NCBI RefSeq assembly: GCF_006345805.1
Contig: NW_021836616.1
Span: 1-23,417, forward strand
DNA: 23,417 bases
Direction of reading: 5' to 3'
Origin: Octopus sinensis
Lineage: Eukaryota
Part shown: positions 11,401 through 22,189 of the stretch, in pieces
Layout of the letters: every line of letters starts with the position of its first letter
Numbering within the stretch: position 1 is the first letter of the stretch
Made by a program: the position numbers and the translations under genes
The notes under the pieces: generated by a model
Told to the model about the DNA's origin: nothing
Database searches by the model: none
What the model saw: the letters and a program-made list of their open reading frames with translations, nothing else

Positions 11401-14400
11401 TCATCATTGCTATATTTATAATCGATTTCGTTGTTGTAACTGTCATCGTTATCATCGCTGTCATCATTCTATTCGTTGTCATCATCATTGCTATATTTAT
11501 AATCGATTTCGTTGTAACTGTCATCGTTATCATCGCTGTCATCATTCTATTCGTTGTCATCATCATTGCTATATTTATAATCGATTTCGTTGTAACTGTC
11601 ATCGTTATCATCGCTGTCATCATTCTATTCGTTGTCATCATCATTGCTATATTTATAATCGATTTCGTTGTTACTGTCATCGTTATCATCGCTGTCATCA
11701 TTCTATTCGTTGTCATCATCATTGCTATATTTATAATCGATTTCGTTGTAACTGTCATCGTTATCATCGCTGTCATCATTCTATTCGTTGTCATCATCAT
11801 GCTATATTTATAATCGATTTCGTTGTAACTGTCATCGTTATCATCGCTGTCATCATTCTATTCGTTGTCATCATCATTGCTATATTTATAATCGATTTCG
11901 TTGTAACTGTCATCGTTATCATCGCTGTCATCGTTCTATTCGTTGTCATCATCATTGCTATATTTATAATCGATTTCGTTGTTACTGTCATCGTTATCAT
12001 CGCTGTCATCGTTCTATTCGTTGTCATCATCATTGCTATATTTATAATCGATTTCGTTGTAACTGTCATCGTTATCATCGCTGTCATCGTTCTATTCGTT
12101 GTCATCATCATTGCTATATTTATAATCGATTCGTTGTAACTGTCATCGTTATCATCGCTGTCATCATTCTATTCGTTGTCATCATCATTGCTATATTTAT
12201 AATCGATTTCGTTGTTACTGTCATCGTTATCATCGCTGTCATCATTTATTCGTTGTCATCATCATTGCTATATTTATAATCGATTTCGTTGTTAACTGTC
12301 ATCGTTATCATCGCTGTCATCATTCTATTCGTTGTCATCATCATTGCTATATTATAATCGATTTCGTTGTAACTGTCATCGTTATCACCGCTGTCATCGT
12401 TCTATTCGTTGTCATCATCATTGCTATATTATAATCGATTTCGTTGTTACTGTCATCGTTATCATCGCTGTCATCATTCTATTCGTTGTCATCATCATTG
12501 CTATATTTATAATCGATTTCGTTGTAACTGTCATCGTTATCACCGCTGTCATCATTCTATTCGTTGTCATCATCATTGCTATATTTATAATCGATTTCGT
12601 TGTAACTGTCATCGTTATCACCGCTGTCATCGTTCTATTCGTTGTCATCATCATTGCTATTTTTATAATCGATTTCGTTGTAACTGTCATCGTTATCATC
12701 GCTGTCATCATTCTATTCGTTGTCATCATCATTGCTATATTTATAATCGATTTCGTTGTAACTGTCATCGTTATCATCGCTGTCATCATTCTATTCGTTG
12801 TCATCATCATTGCTATATTTATAATCGATTTCGTTGTAACTGTCATCGTTATCATCGCTGTCATCGTTCTATTCGTTGTCATCATCATTGCTATATTTAT
12901 AATCGATTTCGTTGTAACTGTCGTCGTTATCATCGCTGTCATCGTTCTATTCGTTGTCATCATCATTGCTATATTTATAATCGATTTCGTTGTAACTGTC
13001 ATCGTTATCATCGCTGTCATCATTCTATTCGTTGTCATCATCATTTTCTATTTGTGTTTCATCATCTTGGCTATTTTTTTTATCATCGATTTCGTTGTTG
13101 TAACTGTCATCGTTATCATCGCTGTCATCGTTCTATTCGTTGTCATCATCATTGCTATATTTATAATCGATTTCGTGTTCGTTGTAACTGTCATCGTTAT
13201 CATCGCTGTCATCATTCTATTCGTTGTCATCATCATTGCTATATTTATAATCGATTTCGTTGTTACTGTCATCGTTATCATCGCTGTCATCATTCTATTC
13301 GTTGTCATCATCATTGCTATATTTATAATCGATTTCGTTGTTACTGTCATCGTTATCATCGCTGTCATCATTCTATTCGTTGTCATTATCATTGCTATAT
13401 TTATAATCGATTTCGTTGTTACTGTCATCGTTATCATCGCTGTCATCATTCTATTCGTGTCATTATCATTGCTATATTTATAATCGATTTCGTTGTTACT
13501 GTCATCGTTATCATCGCTGTCATCATTCTATTCGTTGTCATCATCATTGCTATATTTATAATCGATTTCGTTGTTACTGTCATCGTTATCATCGCTGTCA
13601 TCATTCTATTCGTTGTCATTATCATTGCTATATTTATAATCGATTTCGTTTTACTGTCATCGTTATCATCATCGCTGTCATCATTCTATTCGTTGTCATC
13701 ATCATTGCTATATTTATAATCGATTTCGTTGTTACTGTCATCGTTATCATCGCTGTCATCATTCTATTCGTTGTCATTATCATTGCTATATTTATAATCG
13801 ATTTCGTTGTAACTGTCATCGTTATCATCGCTGTCATCATTCTATTCGTTGTCACCATCATTGCTATATTTATAATCGATTTCGTTGTAACTGTCATCGT
13901 TATCATCGCTGTCATCGTTCTATTCGTTGTCATCATCATTGCTATATTTATAATCGATTTCGTTGTACTGTCATCGTTATCATCATCGCTGTCATCGTTC
14001 TATTCGTTGTCATCATCATTGCTATATTTATAATCGATTTCGTTGTTACTGTCATCGTTATCATCGCTGTCATCATTCTATTCGTTGTCATCATCATTGC
14101 TTATATTTATAATCGATTTCGTTGTTACTGTCATCGTTATCATCGCTGTCATCATTCTATTCGTTGTCATTATCATTGCTATATTTATAATCGATTTCGT
14201 TGTTACTGTCATCGTTATCATCGCTGTCATCATTCATTCGTTGTCATCATCATTGCTATATTTTTAATCGATTTCGTTGTAACTGTCATCGTTATCATCG
14301 CTGTCATCATTCTATTCGTTGTCATCATCATTGCTATATTTATAATCGATTTCGTGTTTTTCATGTCATCGTTATCATCGCTGTCATCATTCTATTCGTT

Positions 14401-15889
14401 GTCATTATCATTGCTATATTTATAATCGATTTCGTTGTTACTGTCTCCGTTATCATCGCTGTCATCATCATCTATTCGTTGTCATTATCATTGCTATATT
14501 TATAATCGATTTCGTTGTTACTGTCATCGTTATCATCGCTGTCATCATTCTATTCGTTGTCATCATCATTGCTATATTTATAATCGATTTCGTTGTAACT
14601 GTCATCGTTATCATCGCTGTCATCATTCTATTCGTTGTCATCATCATTGCTATATTATAATCGATTTCGTTGTTACTGTCATCGTTATCATCGCTGTCAT
14701 CATTCTATTCGTTGTCATCATCATTGCTATATTTATAATCGATTTCGTTGTAACTGTCATCGTTATCATCGCTGTCATCATTCTATTCGTTGTCATCATC
14801 ATTGCTATATTTATAATCGATTTCGTTGTTACTGTCATCGTTATCATCGCTGTCATCATTCTATTCGTTGTCATTATCATTGCTATATTTATAATCGATT
14901 TCGTTGTTACTTGTCATCGTTATCATCGCTGTCATCATTCTATTCGTTGTCATTATCATTGCTATATTTATAATCGATTTCGTTGTTACTGTCATCGTTA
15001 TCATCGCTGTCATCATTCTATTCGTTGTCATCATCATTGCTATATTTATAATCGATTTCGTTGTAACTGTCATCGTTATCATCGCTGTCATCGTTCTATT
15101 CGTTGTCATCATCATTGCTATATTTATAATCGATTTCGTTGTTACTGTCATCGTTATCATCGCTGTCATCATTCTATTCGTTGTCATTATCATTGCTATA
15201 TTTATAATCGATTTCGTTGTTACTGTCATCGTTATCATCGCTGTCATCATTCTATTCGTTGTCATTATCATTGCTATATTTATAATCGATTTCGTTGTTA
15301 CTGTCATCGTTATCATCGCTGTCATCATTCTATTCGTTGTCATCATCATTGCTATATTTATAATCGATTTCGTTGTTACTGTCATCGTTATCACATCGCT
15401 GTCATCATTCTATTCGTTGTCATATCATTGCTATATTTATAATCGATTTCGTTGTTACTGTCATCGTTATCATCGCTGTCATCATTCTATTCGTTGTCAT
15501 CATCATTGCTATATTTATAATCGATTTCGTTGTTACTGTCATCGTTATCATCGCTGTCATCATTCTATTCGTTGTCATTATCATTGCTATATTTATAATC
15601 GATTTCGTTGTTACTGTCATCGTTATCATCGCTGTCATCATTCTATTCGTTGTCATTATCATTGCTATATTTATAATCGATTTCGTTGTTACTACTGTCA
15701 TCGTTTCATCGCTGTCATCATTCTATTCGTTGTCATTATCATTGCTATATTTATAATCGATTTCGTTGTAACTGTCATCGTTATCATCGCTGTCATCATT
15801 CTATTCGTTGTCATCATCATTGCTATATTTATAATCGATTTCGTTGTTACTGTCATCGTCATCATCGCTGTCATCATTCTATTCGTTGT
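5401..15889. repeat. Tandem array (satellite/minisatellite) of a 78-bp monomer, ~135 copies. Consensus gctatatttataatcgatttcgttgtaactgtcatcgttatcatcgctgtcatcattctattcgttgtcatcatcatt
   Basis: Monomer counted as 78 nt, matching the 26-aa period in the ORF track. Span 10,489 bp / 78 = ~134.5. One ClaI site (ATCGAT) in nearly every unit. Confidence 0.98.
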
Positions 15890-16040
15890 TGTCGCTGTCA
15901 TTGCTTTTGCCGTTATCATCGTTATCATCGCTTTCATCGTTATCATCATTTTGTCGTTGTTATCACCCTCCCCATATTGGTCGTTTTCACTATCATCGTT
16001 GCCGTCATCGTTATTCCTCATCATAGCCAGAGTCGTCATC
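15890..16040 (+). repeat. Aperiodic cryptic triplet repeat (ATC/GTT/GTC) continuing from the array end
   Basis: gttgtcgctgtcattgcttttgccgttatcatcgttatcatcgctttcatcg: same triplet vocabulary as the monomer, without the 78-bp period. Confidence 0.75.
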
Positions 16041-16440
16041 AATCTCTCAGCCTCCAAGTCCTATTCAATTTACGCAACGCTATGCCAATGCCCCGCTTGA
16101 AAACGTAATCAACAACATGGATTTGTTTAAGTCACTTACGTAATGAGGTAACCGGACTCCACAGCTCGTCCATCTTAAGTGTTTTATAGCACTGCATTAA
16201 TGATCTAATGGAGACCATTTGGAAACAATGACCGCCCTGGTCAAGTGTCGCTGGCTCCTACTAACGCAGCAATTATTCAACACAAATGAACATTAAACTT
16301 GACTTTTAATTTCCAAATTCGTTCACTCAATTAATAAAGAGGTCTCGTTTAATGTGCACGGCAATTAACTGATCTGCTTTCTTGCTAAATTGCAAGTGAT
16401 TATAGCTGAACTTAAGGATGGCTAGATTGCCAGAGACATG

Positions 16441-16492
16441 AAAGATAGATAGATAGGTAGACAGACAGACAGAAAGATAGATAGATAGATAT

Positions 16493-16524
<32 letters not shown>

Positions 16525-16548
16525 ACAGACAGAAAGACAGGCAAATAA

Positions 16549-16633
<85 letters not shown>

Positions 16634-16676
16634 GGGGATAGATAGATAGACAGAAAGACAAACAAACAAATAGATG

Positions 16677-16730
<54 letters not shown>

Positions 16731-16910
16731 GGGGATAGATAGAAAGACAGAAAGACAAACAGACAAATAGATGGATTAACAGACAGAAAGACAGACAAAT
16801 AGATAGATAGGTTGATAGATACATAGATAGACAGATAGAAAGACGAATAGATAGATAGATGAGAGAGGGTAAGAGAGAGAGAGGGAGGAGGGAGAGGGAG
16901 AAGGAGAGAT
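16441..16910 (+). repeat. (GATA/GACA)n tetranucleotide microsatellite followed by a GA-rich tract
   Basis: agatagatagat... with gacagacagaaa interruptions. Confidence 0.95.
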
Positions 16911-17090
16911 ATGGTCGAAGGAGGGATATGTCAAATATGGTCGCCCCGAAGCTGAAGTTGTATTAATGACGTGTAGGCAAGTTCCTTCGACAGAATCGGT
17001 CATATGTTATTGGTAGAAAAACTCAGTAGAGGAATGTCCGCCATAAAAACTCTCAGTAAACGCGAGCGCGTGTATATAGATACAATTCCC

Positions 17091-17145
17091 CTCACACACA
17101 CACACACACACACGCACTCACACACACAACACACAACACACACTG
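17091..17145 (+). repeat. (CA)n microsatellite
   Basis: cacacacacacacacacacac. Confidence 0.9.
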
Positions 17146-17328
17146 GCACTCAGGCATATACATAGTATCATTTCTTGATTCAGATAGCATAATTGAAAAA
17201 AAAAAAAAAAGATTTCCTTAAATTAAAAATTAATTATTGGACGTCTTTGAGATTTGTGTTAATTCGCTTTGTGTTTGTTAAGCTTCTTTTAAATATAATC
17301 TTTAATTTAAAAAGAATACTTTCCTTCC

Positions 17329-17416
<88 letters not shown>
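17329..17416. repeat. (TA)n microsatellite
   Basis: tatatatata run. Confidence 0.95.
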
Positions 17417-17421
<5 letters not shown>

Positions 17422-17499
17422 TTTAATAATGGTGAAAAATATTTTTGAAGAAAAGAAAATGAAAATGAATGCTGTAAGAGATATTTATTTCCATTATAC

Positions 17500-17530
<31 letters not shown>

Positions 17531-17634
17531 TACATACATATACATGCATATATATATATATGTATATATGTATATATGTATCTATGTATATATATATACA
17601 TATATACATATATACATATATACATGTATACATG

Positions 17635-17675
<41 letters not shown>

Positions 17676-17764
17676 TACAATATATGTATATATGTATATG
17701 CATACAACACACATACATATATACATACATATATATATTATATACATACATAATATATATATAT

Positions 17765-17822
<58 letters not shown>

Positions 17823-17896
17823 ATGGAAATAAATATCTCTTTTCAACATTCATTTTTCTTTTTCTTCAAAAATATTATCATCATTATTAAAATCAT
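17417..17896. mobile_element. Inverted-repeat (MITE/foldback-like) structure: ~83-bp arms around a ~310-bp TA/TACA spacer
   Basis: Left arm 17417-17500 is the reverse complement of right arm 17815-17896, including a perfect 23-nt block aagagatatttatttccattata. Confidence 0.6.
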
Positions 17897-17897
17897 T

Positions 17898-17950
17898 AAT
17901 ATTATTATCATTATTATCATTATTATCATTATTATCATTATTATCATTAT
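17898..17950 (+). repeat. (ATTATTATC)n 9-mer repeat
   Basis: attattatcattattatcattattatc... Confidence 0.85.
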
Positions 17951-18275
17951 TTGGAATCTTCCTGACCGATATTACACAATATTTTACAATAAATGTAGTG
18001 ACATCAATAAAAAAACATGTCAGAAGTTTAGAATCCTGCTTCGTCTATGGAATGTTATAACCTCGTGTCTTCTCTATATTTCTTTCTTCCTTTCTTTCTT
18101 TTGTGAGTCTGATGTCTTAGTAGGGGTCGCATTGTATATGACTAGTGTTAGACAAGCAATAGAGAACGAGAAAGGGGGAGAGAGAAAGAGGGAGAGAGAT
18201 AGGTTGGGAGAGAGAAAGAGGGGGAGTGAAGAGAAAGAGAAAGACAAAGGGAAGAAAAATCCGTCCCCTGTACAG

Positions 18276-18395
18276 AACTAATATCTATTCATCGACCCCG
18301 AAAATATGATGAGCTATATTGAAATCGTCAGGATTTGAACTCATAACACAGAGAACAGGGACGAATTCCCTAAGGTAATTTTATTCAGCCTATGA
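18276..18395 (-). mobile_element. Degenerate fragment of the SINE family at 19503-20101
   Basis: Minus strand gagttcaaatcctgacgatttcaatatagctcatcatattttcggggtcgatgaatagatattagtt aligns by eye to gagttcaaattccgccgaggtcgactttgcctttcatcctttcggggtcgataaattaagtaccagtt at 19575 onward. Confidence 0.7.
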
Positions 18396-18939
18396 TAAGA
18401 GGCATTCCAAAACTGGCCAACCCTTCTTAAAAAGAAAATCTTTGTAGGACTGATTTGTCTTAATTCACTTGCTTTATTCTATATTTGAAGCGCTAGTGTG
18501 TGATGTGAGGGAGATTTGGTTACTATTTCTAGCAGGTCGAAATGACAGATTGGAAATACCCTTACTGGCTCGTAGATATTAAAGAATGTGGGGTGGGTAA
18601 CGATAATGGTAGCATTGCTGACGTTGGTGATGGCGATGGCTGGATAGAAAAACGGCCGTCGGTCTGGTGGAAGATATCTTCAGCAGCTTCTCAGTAACAT
18701 TATCTGAATATGTCTTAAAGGTGATGTCTGGCCCGAGGGCAATATTGTTCCGAATGCTGTGAGAAGAGCACAGCATGTCTCTCACCTCAAAATCTTTCTC
18801 TGTGATAAATTAGGTTGGGTCGGATATTAAAAGCCGGTTGGGGGTGAATGAAGACAAAATATGACAGGCTGAGCGGAAAAGGAATCCAAGATGTACCTTC
18901 GAGTATTGTTCGAGAGGAGGGGTGGGAGAGAAAGAGAGA

Positions 18940-19160
18940 GAGACAAAGTGAGTGTGTGAGAGAGAGAGAGAGAGAGGGAGAGAAAGGAGAGACCGACAGT
19001 AACACAGTGTGTGTGTGTGTGTTCGAAAGCCAGGAGAGAGGGAAAATACACGTGTCCATTTTAGGAGGAATATATTTTGGTATGTATACTTCTGCATATG
19101 TGCATGTATATATTTGCGCGTGTATGTGCAAAAATACTTCCATGTAGGCGCAAATGAGTG

Positions 19161-19202
<42 letters not shown>

Positions 19203-19280
19203 CGCACGCACGCACGCACACACACGCACACATACACATTCATACATGAATGCAACTATGTAATTATACTTGCATACATA

Positions 19281-19316
<36 letters not shown>

Positions 19317-19352
19317 AAAAGAGAGAAAGAGTGAGAGAGAGAGAGAGAGAGA
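18940..19352. repeat. Compound (GA)n, (GT)n, (CA/CGCA)n microsatellite region
   Basis: gagagagag, gtgtgtgt, cacacacac and cacgcacg runs with short spacers. Confidence 0.85.
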
Positions 19353-19502
19353 TCAAGATGGGGGACAGAGCAAGAGAGACATTAAAACGTCTAATGTCAA
19401 ATAAGTCTGCATCAAATCAGTGACGCTACACGGATGATGTAGGTTCGGATCCCACTGGCAGCCTCCAAAATGTTCCATCCAAGGGTATCTACCCCAAAAT
19501 AA

Positions 19503-20101
19503 GGCGGTGAGCTGGCAGAAACGTTAGCACGCCGGGCGAAATGCTTAGCGGTATTTCGTATGTCGTTACGTTGTGAGTTCAAATTCCGCCGAGGTCGACT
19601 TTGCCTTTCATCCTTTCGGGGTCGATAAATTTAGTACCAGTTAAGCACTGGGGTCGATGTAATCGACTTAATACCTATGTCTGTCCTTGTTTGTCCCCTC
19701 TGTGTTTAGCCCCTTGTGGGTAATAAAGAAATAGGTATTTCGTCTGTCGTTACGTTGTGAGTTCAAATTCCGCCGAGGTCGACTTTGCCTTTCATCCTTT
19801 CGGGGTTGATAAATTAAGTACCAGTTAAGCACTGGGGTCGATGTAATCGACTTAATACCTATGTCTGTCCTTGTTTGTCCCCTCTGTGTTTAGCCCCTTG
19901 TGGGCAATAAAGAAATAGGTATTTCGTCTGTCGTTACGTTGTGAGTTCAAATTCCGCCGAGGTCGACTTTGCCTTTCATCCCTTCGGTGTCGATAAATTT
20001 AGTACCAGTTAAGCACTGGGGTCGATGTAATCGACTTAATACCTATGTCTGTCCTTGTTTGTCCCCTCTGTGTTTAGCCCCTTGCGGGTAGTAAAGAAGT
20101 A
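19503..20101 (+). mobile_element. tRNA-derived SINE with a 184-bp body triplicated head-to-tail, flanked by an 18-bp TSD
   Basis: A-box-like TGGCAGAAACG (19513-19523) and B-box-like GAGTTCAAATTCC (19575-19587). Units start at 19550, 19734 and 19918. TSD ggtatctacccc(a/c)aaata at 19484-19501 and 20102-20119 (17/18 identical). Confidence 0.9.
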
Positions 20102-20449
20102 GGTATCTACCCCCAAATACTTCAGGGTATTACTTATAGCTTATTCCGTTTCGAGTTCCACATTCATTTAATGTCTTTTAACGTTTCTGAGCTTTTGTTA
20201 TGTAAACAATATACAATTCTCGCTGGTAAGAACAAAGCTTCTAAAATGGATGGAGAAATTTGAAGGTTTGCTTTATACCAATGGATGAGTGTCTATCATG
20301 TTCACAGGAGAGGTGAATGATATGGGTTCAAGTCCTACCTGCAGCATTTGATTCCTTCTATCTAAGAGTATTTTTAACCCAATTTTCTACACGCTATTAT
20401 TTATACTTACATCTACTTCGAGTTCCACCGTTAAAACCGATGTATAATA

Positions 20450-20524
20450 CACGCACAAACACAAACACACACGTGCGTGCGTATATTTGTGACCGTATGT
20501 ATGTGCGTGTATGTGTATGTGTGC

Positions 20525-20559
<35 letters not shown>

Positions 20560-20681
20560 GTGTGTGGATGTGTGTATGCATGTACGTAATAATAATGATA
20601 ATGATACAAATAGATAGATACACACATGCATACATGCATATATACACATAGTACTTACATATACATATGTATACCTACATA
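20450..20681. repeat. Compound (CA)/(GT)/(TA) microsatellite region
   Basis: acacacgtgcgtgcgt...gtgtgtgtgt...tatacacata. Confidence 0.8.
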
Positions 20682-20699
20682 TATATTCATAAAGTGATG

Positions 20700-20831
20700 T
20701 AAATAAGCCATTTGAATATGGCTAACCCCTAAGGGTGGATGCTACTGTAGTTTTTAGCCCCAGGAAGACATCTCCTCCAGCTGACTATAGACACACTTTC
20801 TGTGCCCTATCACTCTGATATTTATCATTGT
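20700..20831. mobile_element. 132-bp insertion flanked by an 18-bp direct repeat (probable truncated retroelement)
   Basis: tatattcataaagt(g/t)atg at 20682-20699 and 20832-20849 (17/18 identical), enclosing a complex sequence within low-complexity DNA. Confidence 0.6.
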
Positions 20832-21289
20832 TATATTCATAAAGTTATGCATATACATTCATAAATGCATAAATATGCAAATATGCGTGTCTTGTATCCT
20901 CATTGCATATTTACACATTCGGGTTCACTTCTACACGCGCATGCGTACGTGTACCCGTATATACTCAATACACTGAAGCATTGTCCACATACCTTTACAT
21001 ACAAACACCCTACATCTCACCCGTTCCTATCCATTCTTAGAAAACACCCAGAACTCGTACATTAGTGCCGTAATCTTACGCTACCATTATACCCCGATCC
21101 CCTTCAAACCTACCCGCCCGTAGTCATAGCAACCGCCGTGTTACGGGTATTATTTGATCACCTGTTCTTTATTAAGACTATTATAAAATAACAAAGAGGG
21201 TATTGAAGGCCTCTGCGCGTGATGGTACGGGTATCAATTTACTGGGGTATCTTCTCTCACTCCCATTACTAAAAACTACGGCATTGATC

Positions 21290-21404
21290 TCAGTGTGTGT
21301 ACGTGTATGTGGTATGTGTGTGTCTCGGAGTGTGTGTAAGTGTTCTTATGTTTGTGTACGTGTATGTGTCTACGTGTTTTTATAGGCGTTCATATGCATC
21401 TGTT

Positions 21405-21435
<31 letters not shown>

Positions 21436-21722
21436 TTGTGTGGGTGCGTGTGTAAGTGTGTGCGCGTGTGTATGTTTGTATACGAGAGTGCAATGTGTGT
21501 GTGTTTGTGTTTGTGCGTGTTCGTGTGTCTCAGGGTGTGCATATGTGTCTGTGTGTATGCGTGCATGTTTGTGTTTATGTGTGTGTACACACGTATATGT
21601 ACGTGCGTGTGTAAATGTGTGTGCGTATGTGTGTATGAGTACTTGTATGTGTACTTCTATGTGTGTATGTGTGTATGCTTGTGTTTGTGTATGTGCGTGC
21701 GTGTGCGTATGCAAGCCTCTAT
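21290..21722 (+). repeat. Degenerate (GT)n-rich tract
   Basis: gtgtgtacgtgtatgtgg...gtgtgtgtgt. Confidence 0.9.
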
Positions 21723-21751
21723 GTATCTGAATGTGTACTACATTAACTCAC

Positions 21752-22052
21752 GAGCGACTGATGGCCAATTGGTTAAGGGATTCGCCTCGCAATCATGCGG
21801 TCTCAGGTTCTATCTCACTACGTGGCCTCAGAGATATTTTTTTTCTGTGAATAAACGCTTAGTTGACAGGAACAATACTGAAACTGTACCTTTCATTCAA
21901 ACGTCACCGTTTTACATTTATTATTATGCCCGCAGATTATGTTAAATGTTGACACGTCTGTGGAATACTCAGCCACTTATACGCAAATACAATGAACTAG
22001 TAATTCAATTGATCGATCAATTAAATACTCCTCGTGAACACCGACGAAGATC
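21752..22052 (+). mobile_element. Old, diverged tRNA-derived SINE
   Basis: A box TGGCCAATTGG (21762-21772) and B-box-like GGTTCTATCTC (21806-21816). The head resembles the 4299-4402 family. The 3' part (tgtggaatactcagccacttatacg...ttgatcgatcaa...accgacgaag) resembles a recalled octopus SINE end, so the 3' boundary is less certain. Confidence 0.55.
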
Positions 22053-22189
22053 CAGAGCGTACTGGGCCAAATAAATACCGAAAGGTATTCTAATATCCAA
22101 AACCCTGAACCACCGATTTGCTATCTTCTGTTGAAGACAGCAATACAATCACAAACAGAAAGATAGTTATATAAATGGATCTTATAATA

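Noticed and set aside
13040-13190. Apparently divergent monomer with ~30-36 extra bases
   Set aside because: The T-rich garbling looks like low-quality long-read consensus; it cannot be called biological without reads. The same caveat applies to the scattered 1-nt indels.
5401-15889. Long ORFs in the array: hydrophobic (IAIFIIDFVVTVIVIIAVIILFVVII)n, Cys/His-rich (HCYIYNRFRCNCHRYHRCHHSIRCHH)n and Met/Thr-rich antisense repeats
   Set aside because: The unit length is divisible by 3 and is stop-free in three frames at once. Frames shift at frequent 1-nt indels, and there is no unique N- or C-terminal domain or splice context. This is expected of a triplet-derived repeat.
5401-15889. CRISPR-like array or ribozyme-bearing satellite
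   Set aside because: There are no unique spacers, the context is eukaryotic, and neither strand of the monomer contains CUGANGA.
5401-15889. Antisense acidic frame NDDDNE*NDDSDDNDDSYNEIDYKYS with one TAG per unit, suggesting read-through
   Set aside because: It is simply the complement of the NTN triplet pattern; nothing supports recoding.
21110-21150. cccgta...tacggg inverted repeat as a Helitron 3' hairpin
   Set aside because: The stem is only 6 bp with a 19-nt loop, and there is no downstream CTRR terminus.
22007-22092. 16-bp palindrome aattgatcgatcaatt, CCGACGA and an AAUACC-GAAA-GGUAUU hairpin as a second plus-strand hammerhead
   Set aside because: Stem II and stem I do not pair in the required register and the core is non-canonical. 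The left part is better explained as the decayed SINE end.
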